The translations under genes were made by a program, and so were the position numbers. This document shows, piece by piece, positions 63,971 to 64,000 of a stretch of DNA of 64,000 nt; the stretch's first letter is position 1; the number at the start of each line of letters is the position of its first letter. The DNA is from Mustelus asterias (taxonomy: Eukaryota). The notes below the pieces were generated by a model. That model was not told the origin of the DNA. It ran no database searches and saw nothing but the letters and a program-made list of their open reading frames with translations. The DNA lies in contig NC_135808.1 of assembly GCF_964213995.1 (NCBI RefSeq), positions 20,398,001-20,462,000 of the forward strand, written 5' to 3'.

Positions 63971-64000
63971 TGAGGTTCCTTTTAGCCTTGTGTTGTGCAC

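Overview
Eukaryotic DNA from a cartilaginous fish (shark-like), judged from abundant HE1/V-SINEs, CR1 and L2 LINE fragments and Penelope-like elements (PLEs). It holds two convergent, intron-containing NKp30/NCR3-family receptor genes, each with a germline-joined VJ-type Ig domain, an Arg in the transmembrane (TM) helix and a Tyr motif in the tail. Gene A (+) is join(20529..20580,23993..24343,37935..38067,40067..40115), 194 aa. Gene B (-) is join(61217..61175,59478..59140,53450..53346,51847..51814,51715..51673), 187 aa. Between its V and TM exons, gene A carries an in-phase candidate terminal exon encoding a hydrophilic tail ending in Cys-stop, which suggests an Ig-like secreted/membrane switch. 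The same intron has a decayed duplicate of that exon and two orphan J-like copies of the V exon's 3' end. A 6.5-kb endogenous retrovirus (ERV; 6034-12581, -) has 591-bp LTRs, a 5-bp target-site duplication (TSD), a tRNA-Ser primer-binding site (PBS), an open gag, a largely lost pol, and a disrupted env whose TM subunit resembles filovirus GP2. It is inserted next to a PLE hammerhead ribozyme (HHR), and several more HHR motifs occur in the window. All exon models and family calls were made by eye, without database searches or transcript data.
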